NCBI GenBank assembly: GCA_041497195.1
Contig: JBGQGB010000001.1
Span: 73,904-137,903 of the forward strand
Direction of reading: 5' to 3'
Length of the DNA: 64,000 nt
Source: Candidatus Doudnabacteria bacterium
Lineage (GTDB): Bacteria; Patescibacteriota; Doudnabacteria; UBA920; 2-01-FULL-46-14
The translations under genes were made by a program, and so were the position numbers. The notes below the pieces were generated by a model. It was not told where the DNA came from. It did not search any database and worked only from the letters and a program-made list of their open reading frames with translations. Below are positions 11,623 through 21,251 of this stretch, in pieces. The first letter of the stretch is position 1. Each line of letters opens with the position of its first letter.

Positions 11623-12213
11623 TTAGCCGTCGCGATTAACAGCACGAGCAGCGATGGCAAAAACTATAGCACTGCTTACCAAAAGCGGGAACCAAACTTG
11701 CGAGTACCAGGGAGTAGGAATCAAAAACAAAACGTCCCGAGTCAGCAGCGAACCAGGCCACCTGATAATCGCCCATAAGCCAGCGTAATAAAAAATGTCC
11801 CAAAATGCGAAAGCCCACAGAAACGCCGCGACCCGAACGCGATTTTTTTTCGCACTCAAAACCGCTACGCTGAAAAGAATCAACATACTATATGCTTCGC
11901 GTGCCACTTCGACTGCAAGCAAAGTCCCCGGGAGATCGGTCAAGCGTAGCGGTTGTTGATAAAAACTGGCGCTTTTGCTGAATATTTCGGCAAACGACAC
12001 AGTATATCCTGGCAACAATCCTACCGCTGCGCGAAGATACACCACGACTGCCGCTTCAACCACTCCAAAACTCGCTCCAAAAATCGTCAGATAGACTAGG
12101 GTGATCCGCCGCAAACCAAACCCTCTTCTACCCAAAACAAAATAAAGCCATAAAGGTATTAAGATAAGAAGATTGACCCACCAAGGCTCTGCCAAAAGTT
12201 TAAATGTTTGCAT
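11623..12213 (-). CDS. Hypothetical membrane protein
   Basis: Several TM segments; EAAVVVYLR, WDIFYY, DVLFLIP motifs. Confidence 0.65.
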   Translation of the reverse strand: MQTFKLLAEPWWVNLLILIPLWLYFVLGRRGFGLRRITLVYLTIFGASFGVVEAAVVVYLRAAVGLLPGYTVSFAEIFSKSASFYQQPLRLTDLPGTLLAVEVAREAYSMLILFSVAVLSAKKNRVRVAAFLWAFAFWDIFYYAGLWAIIRWPGSLLTRDVLFLIPTPWYSQVWFPLLVSSAIVFAIAARAVNRDG

Positions 12214-12231
12214 GTTTATCTATCGCTTCGT

Positions 12232-13029
12232 TCACCAGCTAGTTTTATTGGCACTATTATCCACATATAATTCATAATAAGACAAAATAACGCTGCTACT
12301 TATCAAAACCCAAAAAAAGAATTCTTCGAACGGAAATTCAAGAGCAAATATTTTAATGGTCCCAACATAATGTCCAGGAAAATTCCATTGCCCCAGTTTT
12401 ACTGCGAGAAGCTCATACGCGAGAAAAACAAACACAAAAAATAGACTAACTTTGAGAAAATTAATTATCATGGCTGGTTTTTTCGAAATTAAATACAAAA
12501 ATGGTAGCATGGCGCATATCCCAAAAACCAGGTAGGCGTAATTTATTTTTAAAAAATGAGGATAATAAATATAGATAAAAAGAATTGCAACAATGGCGAA
12601 CAATGATGGAATCAGCGCGTGCTTATAACTGGGAGATATTGTGTCGGATGCATTCCTTTCTAGAAAATGCTCGTAAAAGACGATTATAAATATTATCCAA
12701 AGAACAAACCATAATGTTTCATCGAGCGGAACCAATCCTAAAATACGAAACTTGAAAACCAACTGATTATCCGGAACAAACCAAGCTCTGTTAAAAACTG
12801 CCAAAAAATCAAAAACAAAACCAAAAATCACACCGAACAAAAACGAGGAGGCTAAAACTCTATGTATTTTTCTTGGTTTCCAACTCAAAAGGTAAATAGA
12901 AGGAATTAAAAAAAAGTATATTGCTGAAACCAAAGGCCTTACCTGAAATTGTATGATCAAGGGGATGGAGAATAAAATTATTAATATGACGACTATTAAA
13001 TCAATCAGTCTTTTTTGATGTTTTTTCAT
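12232..13029 (-). CDS. Lycopene-cyclase-domain-like polytopic membrane protein (AT-rich gene)
   Basis: Two internal repeats ending W...PLDETLWF and W...PFEEFFFW. Confidence 0.55.
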   Translation of the reverse strand: MKKHQKRLIDLIVVILIILFSIPLIIQFQVRPLVSAIYFFLIPSIYLLSWKPRKIHRVLASSFLFGVIFGFVFDFLAVFNRAWFVPDNQLVFKFRILGLVPLDETLWFVLWIIFIIVFYEHFLERNASDTISPSYKHALIPSLFAIVAILFIYIYYPHFLKINYAYLVFGICAMLPFLYLISKKPAMIINFLKVSLFFVFVFLAYELLAVKLGQWNFPGHYVGTIKIFALEFPFEEFFFWVLISSSVILSYYELYVDNSANKTSW

Positions 13030-13432
13030 GTTTATCTATTGCCTCGTTCACCAACTTGTCCGCGAGGCGATTTTTTTCGCGCGGGATGTTTTGGTATTTT
13101 ATTTTCTTGAATTTTGTCTCAAGATTCCGCACACGCAAGAGCAACTCCTGCATGCGGCTGTTTCTGACTCGATAAATCCCAGTTAGCTGCCTCACGACGA
13201 GTTCGCTGTCCAGATAAAAAGACAGTTCCGAAGCACCGATAGCTGCGGCCAAACTCAAAGCCGCAATGACCGCCTCATATTCGGCCTCGTTATTGGTCCG
13301 CTCTCCCAGGTACTGGCTATGTTTTTTCAGAAGTTTGCCGTCCGCGCTGTAGACCGCCACGCCAATCCCGGCCGGGCCGGGGTTGCCGCGCGCGCCCCCG
13401 TCCGTAAAAATCTTAAGCTTCTCGACTGCCAT
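13001..13432 (-). CDS. rnhA: Ribonuclease HI (archaeal/Rv2228c-like)
   Basis: FTDGGARGNPGPAG, TNNEAEY, DSELVV, PREKNRLAD. Confidence 0.92.
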   Translation of the reverse strand: MAVEKLKIFTDGGARGNPGPAGIGVAVYSADGKLLKKHSQYLGERTNNEAEYEAVIAALSLAAAIGASELSFYLDSELVVRQLTGIYRVRNSRMQELLLRVRNLETKFKKIKYQNIPREKNRLADKLVNEAIDKHEKTSKKTD

Positions 13433-15113
13433 TTCGAACCTCCAAATCAATGATTTTCAGCTGAACGGATTTTGTACCGTTCCATTCGTTAAACTGCGGC
13501 TCGCAAATAATGTCCATGTGAACGCTCGACGAAAGTTTTGCCGCCCAAAAGCCTTGATTAAAACCAATGCAACCCACGGTACCGTTTCGTGACTCAATCT
13601 CCAGGCGCAAATGCTTGCCTGCAGCCCCGATCGGCCGCGCTGATTTGATTGATAAATCATTCAGGCGGAATCGCGGCCTGGAATTGCCCTGGCCAAATGG
13701 CGCAAATTTTTCCAAAGTTTCGACAAGTGAAGGTGTTACCTCTTCAGCTTTCAGTTCCGCTTCATAAAAAAGCACTGGCTGCAAATCTTCTTCTGTGAGC
13801 ACTCGTTCCGCATGATCCAAAAGCTGTTGATGGAAAAGGGTGATATGCTCGGACAACAAAGTAAAACCCGCAGCCATCGGGTGCCCCCCGTATTTGACCA
13901 AAATCTCTTTGCTCTGTCCGATTGCCTCGATGATGTTGAAATTCCCGATACTGCGCGCCGACCCGGTCGCCTCGCTGGGACCCCGCTCTAGCACCAAAAC
14001 CGGCCGGTAAAACTCCTCAGTCAGCTTCCCGGCCACCAATCCGACGATGCCCTTGGGCCAGCCCTCCCCCGCTGCCAAAAGGACTTTCTTGTCGCCCGAG
14101 GCGACGAGCTGCTCCCGCGCCTCGCTCAAGATCTGCTGAGTCAGGTCTTGGCGATGACGGTTCAAATCCTCAAGTTTTTGAGCAAGCCCTGCTGTTTGTT
14201 CACTGTCATCACTAAAAAGCAATTCCAAAGCTTGATTGGCATGCTCAATCCGACCGGCCGCATTGATGCGCGGGGCGATAACGAATCCGATTTTGTAGGT
14301 ATCAAGCGCGGTGCCCCAAATCCCCGCCAGCTGCAAAAGTTTACGCAGGCCCGGCCACTGCGTTTTTTGCATCACCTTCAATCCCCATTTCACGAAAATT
14401 CGGTTTTCGCCCAAAAGCGTCTGGCAATCAGCTACAGTACCAATAGCCACCAAATCCAACAGCCACTTCTCCCAGCCATCGATAATTTTCAATTCTGTCC
14501 GCCCGGGTGGATTCAATTTTTTCACAAGAGCTTGCACCAATTTAAACGCTACACCCACGCCAGTCAAATCCCGAAAAGGATACGCGTCGTCCGGCCGATG
14601 CGGATTGACGACTGCCTGAGCCCGCGGCACGCCTCCGGTCAACTGGTGGTGATCGGTAATGATGACGTCCAGGCCCAGATAAGTTGCCAAATCCACAGCA
14701 TCAAAAGCATTGATGCCGCAATCCACGGTTATAAGCAGTTTGGTCCCGGAATTTGCCAAAAATTTGATGGCCTCGAGATTCATGCCATACCCTTCGGAAT
14801 ACCGATCCGGGATGTAGTAACTTAAATTTTCGTGTCCGAATTTTCGAAAAAAACGCAACAGCACTGCTGCAGCAGTAACCGCGTCGGCATCATAATCGGC
14901 ATAGATTGTGATTTTCTCCCCGGCAGCCATAGCTTGCCGAATCCGCCCCACGGCTTTATCCATGTCCGTGAGCAGGAACGGATCATGGGAGTCCTCATAG
15001 CGCGCGTTCAAAAATTGCTCCCCTTCCTGTACTGTAACTGCCCCGCGATTAGAGAGAAGAGTTGAGAGCAAATCAGGGCCTTCGGGCTGTTTCAATTTCC
15101 AAACTTTTTTCAT
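13413..15113 (-). CDS. recJ: ssDNA exonuclease RecJ
   Basis: DYDADA, TVDCG, TDHH, PRINAAGR, GSARS, GGHPMAAG. Confidence 0.96.
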   Translation of the reverse strand: MKKVWKLKQPEGPDLLSTLLSNRGAVTVQEGEQFLNARYEDSHDPFLLTDMDKAVGRIRQAMAAGEKITIYADYDADAVTAAAVLLRFFRKFGHENLSYYIPDRYSEGYGMNLEAIKFLANSGTKLLITVDCGINAFDAVDLATYLGLDVIITDHHQLTGGVPRAQAVVNPHRPDDAYPFRDLTGVGVAFKLVQALVKKLNPPGRTELKIIDGWEKWLLDLVAIGTVADCQTLLGENRIFVKWGLKVMQKTQWPGLRKLLQLAGIWGTALDTYKIGFVIAPRINAAGRIEHANQALELLFSDDSEQTAGLAQKLEDLNRHRQDLTQQILSEAREQLVASGDKKVLLAAGEGWPKGIVGLVAGKLTEEFYRPVLVLERGPSEATGSARSIGNFNIIEAIGQSKEILVKYGGHPMAAGFTLLSEHITLFHQQLLDHAERVLTEEDLQPVLFYEAELKAEEVTPSLVETLEKFAPFGQGNSRPRFRLNDLSIKSARPIGAAGKHLRLEIESRNGTVGCIGFNQGFWAAKLSSSVHMDIICEPQFNEWNGTKSVQLKIIDLEVRNGSREA

Positions 15114-15122
15114 GTCCGGGCC

Positions 15123-16730
15123 TTACTGAATTTGTTGAAGAAGCAAGGGCAAAAGCGAAACTGCAGTCATGTCCTTTGGGATTGGCAGTCCCATCAAATC
15201 CAAAATGGTCGGGGCCACGTCGGAGAGGACTCCCTCTGGAACAATCGGAGGCAATTCCAAATACCCTTTGGATCTCGGAGTTTTTCTCGCCAGCCCGTTA
15301 CCGGCAATGATAAAAGGAACTGGATTGACGGTGTGTTCGGTGTCAACCATGCCCGTGCGCGTGTCAAAAACCGACTCGATATTGCCGTGATCGGCCGTAA
15401 CCGCCAAACATACCTCTCCCGCTTGCAAAACCGCCTGTAAAACCATGAGCAGCGCTTCATCGATGGACTGAACAGCGCGGATCGAGGCATCCCTGTTACC
15501 GGTGTGGCCGACCATGTCGGCGTTGGCAAAATTGGCCAAAATAAAATCAGTTCCGCCCTTCATTTTTGCCACAACTTCCTGGGCGATATCGGCCACGCGC
15601 ATCTCCGGCACGTCCTGGTACCGCTTTTGATAATGTTGAGGGGAGGTAATGATCTCCCGCTCTTCCAAAGGCCACGGCTCTTGGCGGCCGCCATTGAAAA
15701 AAGACGTCACGTGCGAATATTTTTCTGATTCGGCGATATGAAACTGCTTGAGATGATGCCCGCTGAGGATCTCGGTCAAGCAATTCTTGATTTCGATTTT
15801 CGGAAAAGCCACGGAGACCGGCAAATTTTTCTGGTATTCAGTCATGGTGACTACATACAGATTCTGCAAAAAGGGATATTTTTTGGAAAATTTATCAAAA
15901 GCGGGATCGGCGAGAGCAGAAGTGAGCTGGACCATCCGGTCGGGCCGGAAATTGAAAAAAATTACCGCATCTCCCTCTTCGACCCGGCCGACGGGCAGAC
16001 CGCCTGGCTCCATGATCGCAGTCGGTGGAATAGTCTCATCATAAATCTGCCGCTCGTAGTTTTCCTCTATGGCCTGCCGGGCTGACGTAGCCCCGGCCGC
16101 TTCCCCCAAAACCATGGCTTTGTATGCTTGTTCAGTCACTTCCCAATGTTTGGCCCGATCCATGGCAAAAAATCTCCCTATTACAGTCGCGATTTTGCCG
16201 ACTTTGTATTCCAAAAATTTCCTGGACAGCCGGTCCAAGCTCGACAAAGCCGCTTTGGGCAGGGTATCCCGGCCATCGGTAATCATGTGGACAAATACTC
16301 TCTCCAGATGTTCCTGGCTCGCCAAGGCCAGCAAGGCGTCAATGTGCTCCAAGGAACTGTGCACTCCTCCGTCGCTCACTAGCCCGACCAGATGCAATTT
16401 GGAATTATTTTTTTTGACGTGAGCGGTGGCAGCGAGGAAACTGGGATTTTTGAAGAAACTGCCGTCTGAGATGGAGCGGGAGATGCGCGGCAAATCCTGA
16501 CTAACGATCCGACCGGCGCCCAGATTCAAATGCCCTACCTCAGAATTACCCCGCTCCCCCCACGGCAAACCCACGGACGGCCCCGAGGCCTGCAGGGTGG
16601 TGGCTGGAAAATGGTCAACCATGTAGTTGAAATTTCTGGGATTGGCCACGTAAATCGCGTTGCCTTCCGAAGGCGAGGCAACTCCGAACCCGTCCAGAAC
16701 AACGAGAATCAATTGTTTGAATGTAATCAT
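15123..16730 (-). CDS. gpmI: 2,3-BPG-independent phosphoglycerate mutase
   Basis: LDGFG, GNSEVGH, DMVGHTG, TADHGN. Confidence 0.96.
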   Translation of the reverse strand: MITFKQLILVVLDGFGVASPSEGNAIYVANPRNFNYMVDHFPATTLQASGPSVGLPWGERGNSEVGHLNLGAGRIVSQDLPRISRSISDGSFFKNPSFLAATAHVKKNNSKLHLVGLVSDGGVHSSLEHIDALLALASQEHLERVFVHMITDGRDTLPKAALSSLDRLSRKFLEYKVGKIATVIGRFFAMDRAKHWEVTEQAYKAMVLGEAAGATSARQAIEENYERQIYDETIPPTAIMEPGGLPVGRVEEGDAVIFFNFRPDRMVQLTSALADPAFDKFSKKYPFLQNLYVVTMTEYQKNLPVSVAFPKIEIKNCLTEILSGHHLKQFHIAESEKYSHVTSFFNGGRQEPWPLEEREIITSPQHYQKRYQDVPEMRVADIAQEVVAKMKGGTDFILANFANADMVGHTGNRDASIRAVQSIDEALLMVLQAVLQAGEVCLAVTADHGNIESVFDTRTGMVDTEHTVNPVPFIIAGNGLARKTPRSKGYLELPPIVPEGVLSDVAPTILDLMGLPIPKDMTAVSLLPLLLQQIQ

Positions 16731-17959
16731 TTTTGCAAGACCTTCAATCCCGGCAAACTTTTGCCGGCTAGCATATCCAACATAGCCCCGCCGCCGGTCG
16801 ACAAATAATCAATATCGGCGCGCAAACCCAAACGCTTGATGACTTCCGAAGTCTGTCCTCCCCCCGCCACCCCGTACACTGCGGGCATGGCGCTGCGGGA
16901 AGCGAACAACCAAGCCAAAGCAAAAGTCCCGTGCGAAAAAGTTTTGTTTTCAAAATAACCCACCGGTCCGCCCCAGATGAGCGTCTTGCCTTTTTTCAAA
17001 TAGCCGCTGTAAAGACGGATCGTCTCCGGACCGATATCCAAAATCATCTGACTCGATTTGATTTTGTCTATCTTGACGCACTCCGGCTCTCCGTCACGAC
17101 TGCGGCTCACTACCACGTCCACGGGCAATACAATTTTATCTTTGTAGTTGCGCCACAACTGCCTGCCGAGCTTATCCTGTTTGCCTTCTTCGTACACTGA
17201 TTTACCGATTTCAAACCCCCGGATTTTGAGCATCATGTTGGCCAAACCGCCGCCTAGGAGCACATAATCGGAAAATTTTATGAGATTTTCCAGGGCTTCG
17301 GCTTTGTCCGACAATTTCACTCCTCCCATCATCACTACCACTGGTTTTTTCGGACGGGATATCACCTTGGTCAAAGCCGCCACTTCTTTCATGAGTCCCA
17401 AGCCGGCCGCGGATGGCAAGACTTGAGCAAGCCCGACTACAGAGGCGTGGACGCGATGGCAGACGGAAAAAGCTTCGTTCACGTAGGCATCGGCCAAACC
17501 GGCCAATTTTCTGACAAAACCGGGCGCATTCGTCGTTTCGCCGGAATAAAAACGTAAATTTTCCAGCACTGCCGCGTCCTGCTCGCGCATTTGCGAAATG
17601 AGGGGTTTCAGATCAGTCTCTTCCAGATTGTGCTGGAAAAAATATAAATGAGGAATCCCGTATTCGGGAAGCTTGGCGGAATCTTCAGCAACCACGACAA
17701 ACTTGCGATCCCAAAGCTCTGCCAATTTTTGGGCGACAGGCTCCAGGCTGAACTTTTTCTCCCACCCCTGAGGCCGCCCGAGATGGCTCACTATTAAAAT
17801 CTTGGCATTTTTTTGCGCCAAGTAATCAAGCGTGGGGATGCTCTCGGCAATGCGCGAATCGTCGTCAATTTTTCCTTTGTCGACAGAAACATCAAAACCC
17901 GTGCGGACCAGCACAGTTTTCCCTGCGACTTTCATGTCTTTTACGGAACGCAATTGCAT
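16727..17959 (-). CDS. pgk: Phosphoglycerate kinase
   Basis: SHLGRP, LENLRF, DIGPET, STGGGA. Confidence 0.96.
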   Translation of the reverse strand: MQLRSVKDMKVAGKTVLVRTGFDVSVDKGKIDDDSRIAESIPTLDYLAQKNAKILIVSHLGRPQGWEKKFSLEPVAQKLAELWDRKFVVVAEDSAKLPEYGIPHLYFFQHNLEETDLKPLISQMREQDAAVLENLRFYSGETTNAPGFVRKLAGLADAYVNEAFSVCHRVHASVVGLAQVLPSAAGLGLMKEVAALTKVISRPKKPVVVMMGGVKLSDKAEALENLIKFSDYVLLGGGLANMMLKIRGFEIGKSVYEEGKQDKLGRQLWRNYKDKIVLPVDVVVSRSRDGEPECVKIDKIKSSQMILDIGPETIRLYSGYLKKGKTLIWGGPVGYFENKTFSHGTFALAWLFASRSAMPAVYGVAGGGQTSEVIKRLGLRADIDYLSTGGGAMLDMLAGKSLPGLKVLQK

Positions 17960-18048
17960 TTGGCAGCTGTTTTTACATTTGGACTAAACAGAATTTGAAA
18001 ATACAAATATTGAGTGCCTAGGAAGTGGAAAATGGCTTTTTTGGAAAA

Positions 18049-19056
18049 TCAGGCGGGCGAGACGGTTTCGACTTGTTCGACCAAACGGTTGGCATAGCCC
18101 CACTCGTTGTCATACCAAGCCATGACTTTGACCAAATCTCCGTCCACCACCCTGGTCAGCGCCATGTCAACGATCGACGAGTACGAGCTCCCGATTATAT
18201 CCGAGGACACAATCGGATCCTCGGTCACCGCCAGAATCCCTTTGAACCGCGGCGTGCGGGCAGCATCGCGGAAAGCTTTGTTGACCTCGTCCACACTGAC
18301 CTTGCGATTCACCAGAAAAGTAAAATCAGTCAGTGAGCCGGTAATAGTCGGAACCCGGATGGCCACACCGTCAAATTTATTTTTGAGTTCGGGAATCGCG
18401 GCAATCACAGACTCAGCCGCTCCCGTGGTGGTCGGCACGATATTGGAGGCGGCCGCGCGCGCCCGACGCAAATCTTTGTGCGGCCCGTCCTGTAAATTCT
18501 GGTCTTGTGTATAACTGTGAACCGTCGTCATCATGGCTTTTTTGATGCCAAACTTCTCCAATACAACTGTGGCGACCGGACCGATATTGTTGGTTGTGCA
18601 TGACGCGTTGGAGATGACCGCATCGTCGCGGTATTTTCCATGGTTCACCCCTAGAAGATAAGTCTGAATCCCGCCCGTCCCTTTCGTGGGTGCAGAGACT
18701 ATGACTCTTTTCGCCCCGGCCTGCAGGTGCATTTTTGCGGACCCGTCTTTGACGAATGCCCCGGTGCATTCCAAAACCACATCCACTTTCATTTTCCTCC
18801 AGGGCAGCTTGGTCGGATCCTTTTCAGCCAAAACGGGAATATTGCGTTTGTCTACAATCAGAAAACCGTCTTTCGAAGACACTGACTGCTCATAAACGCC
18901 ATAGGCCGTATCATATTTGAGCAAGTGCGCGAGCGTCCTCGAATCCGTGAGATCGTTGATAGCCACGATCTCCATATTTTTTTTGCCAGTCGCGATTTTG
19001 AAAGCCGACCGGCCGATGCGCCCGAAGCCGTTGATAGCGACGCGGATTTTTGACAT
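18049..19056 (-). CDS. gap: Glyceraldehyde-3-phosphate dehydrogenase, type I
   Basis: INGFGRIGR, SNASCTTN, WYDNEWGY. Confidence 0.97.
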   Translation of the reverse strand: MSKIRVAINGFGRIGRSAFKIATGKKNMEIVAINDLTDSRTLAHLLKYDTAYGVYEQSVSSKDGFLIVDKRNIPVLAEKDPTKLPWRKMKVDVVLECTGAFVKDGSAKMHLQAGAKRVIVSAPTKGTGGIQTYLLGVNHGKYRDDAVISNASCTTNNIGPVATVVLEKFGIKKAMMTTVHSYTQDQNLQDGPHKDLRRARAAASNIVPTTTGAAESVIAAIPELKNKFDGVAIRVPTITGSLTDFTFLVNRKVSVDEVNKAFRDAARTPRFKGILAVTEDPIVSSDIIGSSYSSIVDMALTRVVDGDLVKVMAWYDNEWGYANRLVEQVETVSPA

Positions 19057-19079
19057 ATTTTTATTTTCCTTTTTTATTA

Positions 19080-19115
19080 CCTGAGTTTATCGAAGGCCTT
19101 CGACTTTGGCTCAGG
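19080..19115. repeat. Intergenic palindrome (REP-like)
   Basis: cctgag-ttta-tcgaagg/ccttcga-ctttgg-ctcagg. Confidence 0.6.
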
Positions 19116-19128
19116 CGCTACTGAAGAA

Positions 19129-20127
19129 TTAAATCTTTCTCACGTGATAGTTTTTAGGCGCTTTTTTCAAAAGATCTTGCATTTGTCCGCGAGTCAGCAA
19201 GCCTTTCTGCGCTCCGACCTGCTGCACTACCGACATCGAATTGACCGGTCCCCAACGCAAAGCGTCCGTGACTGATAGCCCGCGAATTAGTGCTGACAAA
19301 AAACCAGTTGCAAAAGCATCTCCTGCGCCGGTACGCTCCAAAGGGGCCTTCGGATCCGGGTATTTGGGCATGAAGTACTGTTTCTCACCGTCTGATCCGT
19401 AAGCCCCGTCTGGCCCGTCAGTAATGGCCACAATTTTGGGACCCAACCGGTGAAGCCCTTTGAATAAAACTTTGACACTGCTGTTTTTGATATTCAAAAT
19501 CCGCTGCGCTTCCTCGCGATTGACGAACAAAACCTCTGTCCGGCGGTAAATATCTTTGAGCGTCCTCACCCCCAATTTCAGCTGAAATGTTCCGGGATTG
19601 AAGGCCATGCGCACCTGCGGGTGGCTCTTGAGGTAGCGCGCGAGTTTGTGATGAAAAGCCAGGGTGTGGCTGCCCATTGAAGAAAAATAAAGCCAAAGGA
19701 CTTGGCCCCCGATGCGGCTCGGCTCAAAATAGGAAAAGTTTTGATGCTTGATGAGGATTGTTCGCTCGGCGTGAAAACTCAACACAAAATGGTAATTGGT
19801 CGGTAGCCCCAGGTTGCGCCTGACAAACTCTACTCCTACTTTTTCCTTTTGATACGCTGCCAAGACCTGTTTGCCGAAATAGTCCCCGCCGACTGCTGTA
19901 AACGCAGCACTTTTGAGGCCCAGACGAGCAGTACCGACAGCAACATTTGAGGAATTGCCTACAGCAGGAACCACGGTCAGGGATTCATAAGGAACTTTGT
20001 CCGCAAAGGACAAACACAGCTCGCAGTACTTGTGCCCGAGTTTGCAATGAACCTCAGCGTCATTTAATTTTATGAACGCATCAATGGTGCAATCCCCTAT
20101 GGAAACCAAATCGTATTTTTGTTTCAT
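19129..20127 (-). CDS. PfkB/ribokinase-family carbohydrate kinase
   Basis: NVAVGTARLG, NREEA, RTGAGDAF. Confidence 0.9.
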   Translation of the reverse strand: MKQKYDLVSIGDCTIDAFIKLNDAEVHCKLGHKYCELCLSFADKVPYESLTVVPAVGNSSNVAVGTARLGLKSAAFTAVGGDYFGKQVLAAYQKEKVGVEFVRRNLGLPTNYHFVLSFHAERTILIKHQNFSYFEPSRIGGQVLWLYFSSMGSHTLAFHHKLARYLKSHPQVRMAFNPGTFQLKLGVRTLKDIYRRTEVLFVNREEAQRILNIKNSSVKVLFKGLHRLGPKIVAITDGPDGAYGSDGEKQYFMPKYPDPKAPLERTGAGDAFATGFLSALIRGLSVTDALRWGPVNSMSVVQQVGAQKGLLTRGQMQDLLKKAPKNYHVRKI

Positions 20128-20261
20128 TTGCTAATAAATTAGTGCGTTTATTATAACATAAAGCGGCCGCAGCCGCCAAAATACTGGAAAATAGAGAAAT
20201 GGAATTTTTGCTTAGTTCGACCTATTCTTCCTCATTAAAAATGCAGTTTTTTTTGACAAAA

Positions 20262-21251
20262 TTATTGTTTCCGCCTCAAAACCTTTTTTACTGCCTTTAT
20301 TATTGCATCTTTGCCCATGCCGTATTTCTCGATTAGTTCCCAGGGCTGGCCGGATTCGCCGAACGTATCCGGCATGCCGACCCGCTCGACCGGCACTGGA
20401 TATTCTTCAGCCAGTATTTCCATGACCGCACTTCCGGCGCCCCCATTGATCTGATGTTCCTCGACAGTCACGACCGCCCCGCATTTCCTGGCAGCTTGCA
20501 CCAAAGTCTTGCGATCAATCGGCTTGATAGTATGATTATTTACAACCATTGCCTCAATTCCCTCTTTGGCCAAATCCTCGGCCGCCTGCAGCGCCTCGTA
20601 TACCAAAATTCCCGAGCCCACGATTGCCACGTCCGCGCCATCTCGAAAGACTTCGGCGCGGCCGAGCTTGAAGGGCGAATCTATCGTGGTAAACTGGGCA
20701 GTCTTCTCGCGGCCAAATCGGATATACGCTGGGCCTTTGACTTCTTCGGCAATCGCCACGGTCGCCTTTTTTGCTTCAACAGCATCACATGGCACAACAA
20801 CGACAAGATTTGGAAGCACTCTGGTTATCGCGATGTCTTCCAAAGCTTGGTGAGTAGCGCCGTCCGGCCCGACAGAAATGCCCGCATGAGCTCCGGCCAC
20901 TTTGACATTGGCTTTGGAATAGCACACTGCTACACGAAACTGATCCCAGTTGCGGCCAGGGTTGAAAGTCGCATAAGAAGAAACAAAAGCGATTTTCCCG
21001 GAGAGGGCGAGGCCCGCGGCAATACCCATCATATTCTGCTCCGCCACGCCAACCTGGATAAACCTTTTCGGAAATTTTTCCGCAAACCAATGCGCCCGCG
21101 TGGACTCCACCAAATCACCGGCCAAGACGACGATATTTGGATTGCGCTCGCCCAATTCCACGAGAGCCTTTCCATATCCATCCCGGCCCGCCACCATCTC
21201 GATGTCGGGTTTAAAAAGTTTTTTGCTAAGTTTGGCGTTGGGATTGATCAT
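20262..21251 (-). CDS. Transketolase, C-terminal subunit
   Basis: GVAEQNM, GPDGATHQ, VEEHQINGG. Confidence 0.93.
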   Translation of the reverse strand: MINPNAKLSKKLFKPDIEMVAGRDGYGKALVELGERNPNIVVLAGDLVESTRAHWFAEKFPKRFIQVGVAEQNMMGIAAGLALSGKIAFVSSYATFNPGRNWDQFRVAVCYSKANVKVAGAHAGISVGPDGATHQALEDIAITRVLPNLVVVVPCDAVEAKKATVAIAEEVKGPAYIRFGREKTAQFTTIDSPFKLGRAEVFRDGADVAIVGSGILVYEALQAAEDLAKEGIEAMVVNNHTIKPIDRKTLVQAARKCGAVVTVEEHQINGGAGSAVMEILAEEYPVPVERVGMPDTFGESGQPWELIEKYGMGKDAIIKAVKKVLRRKQ

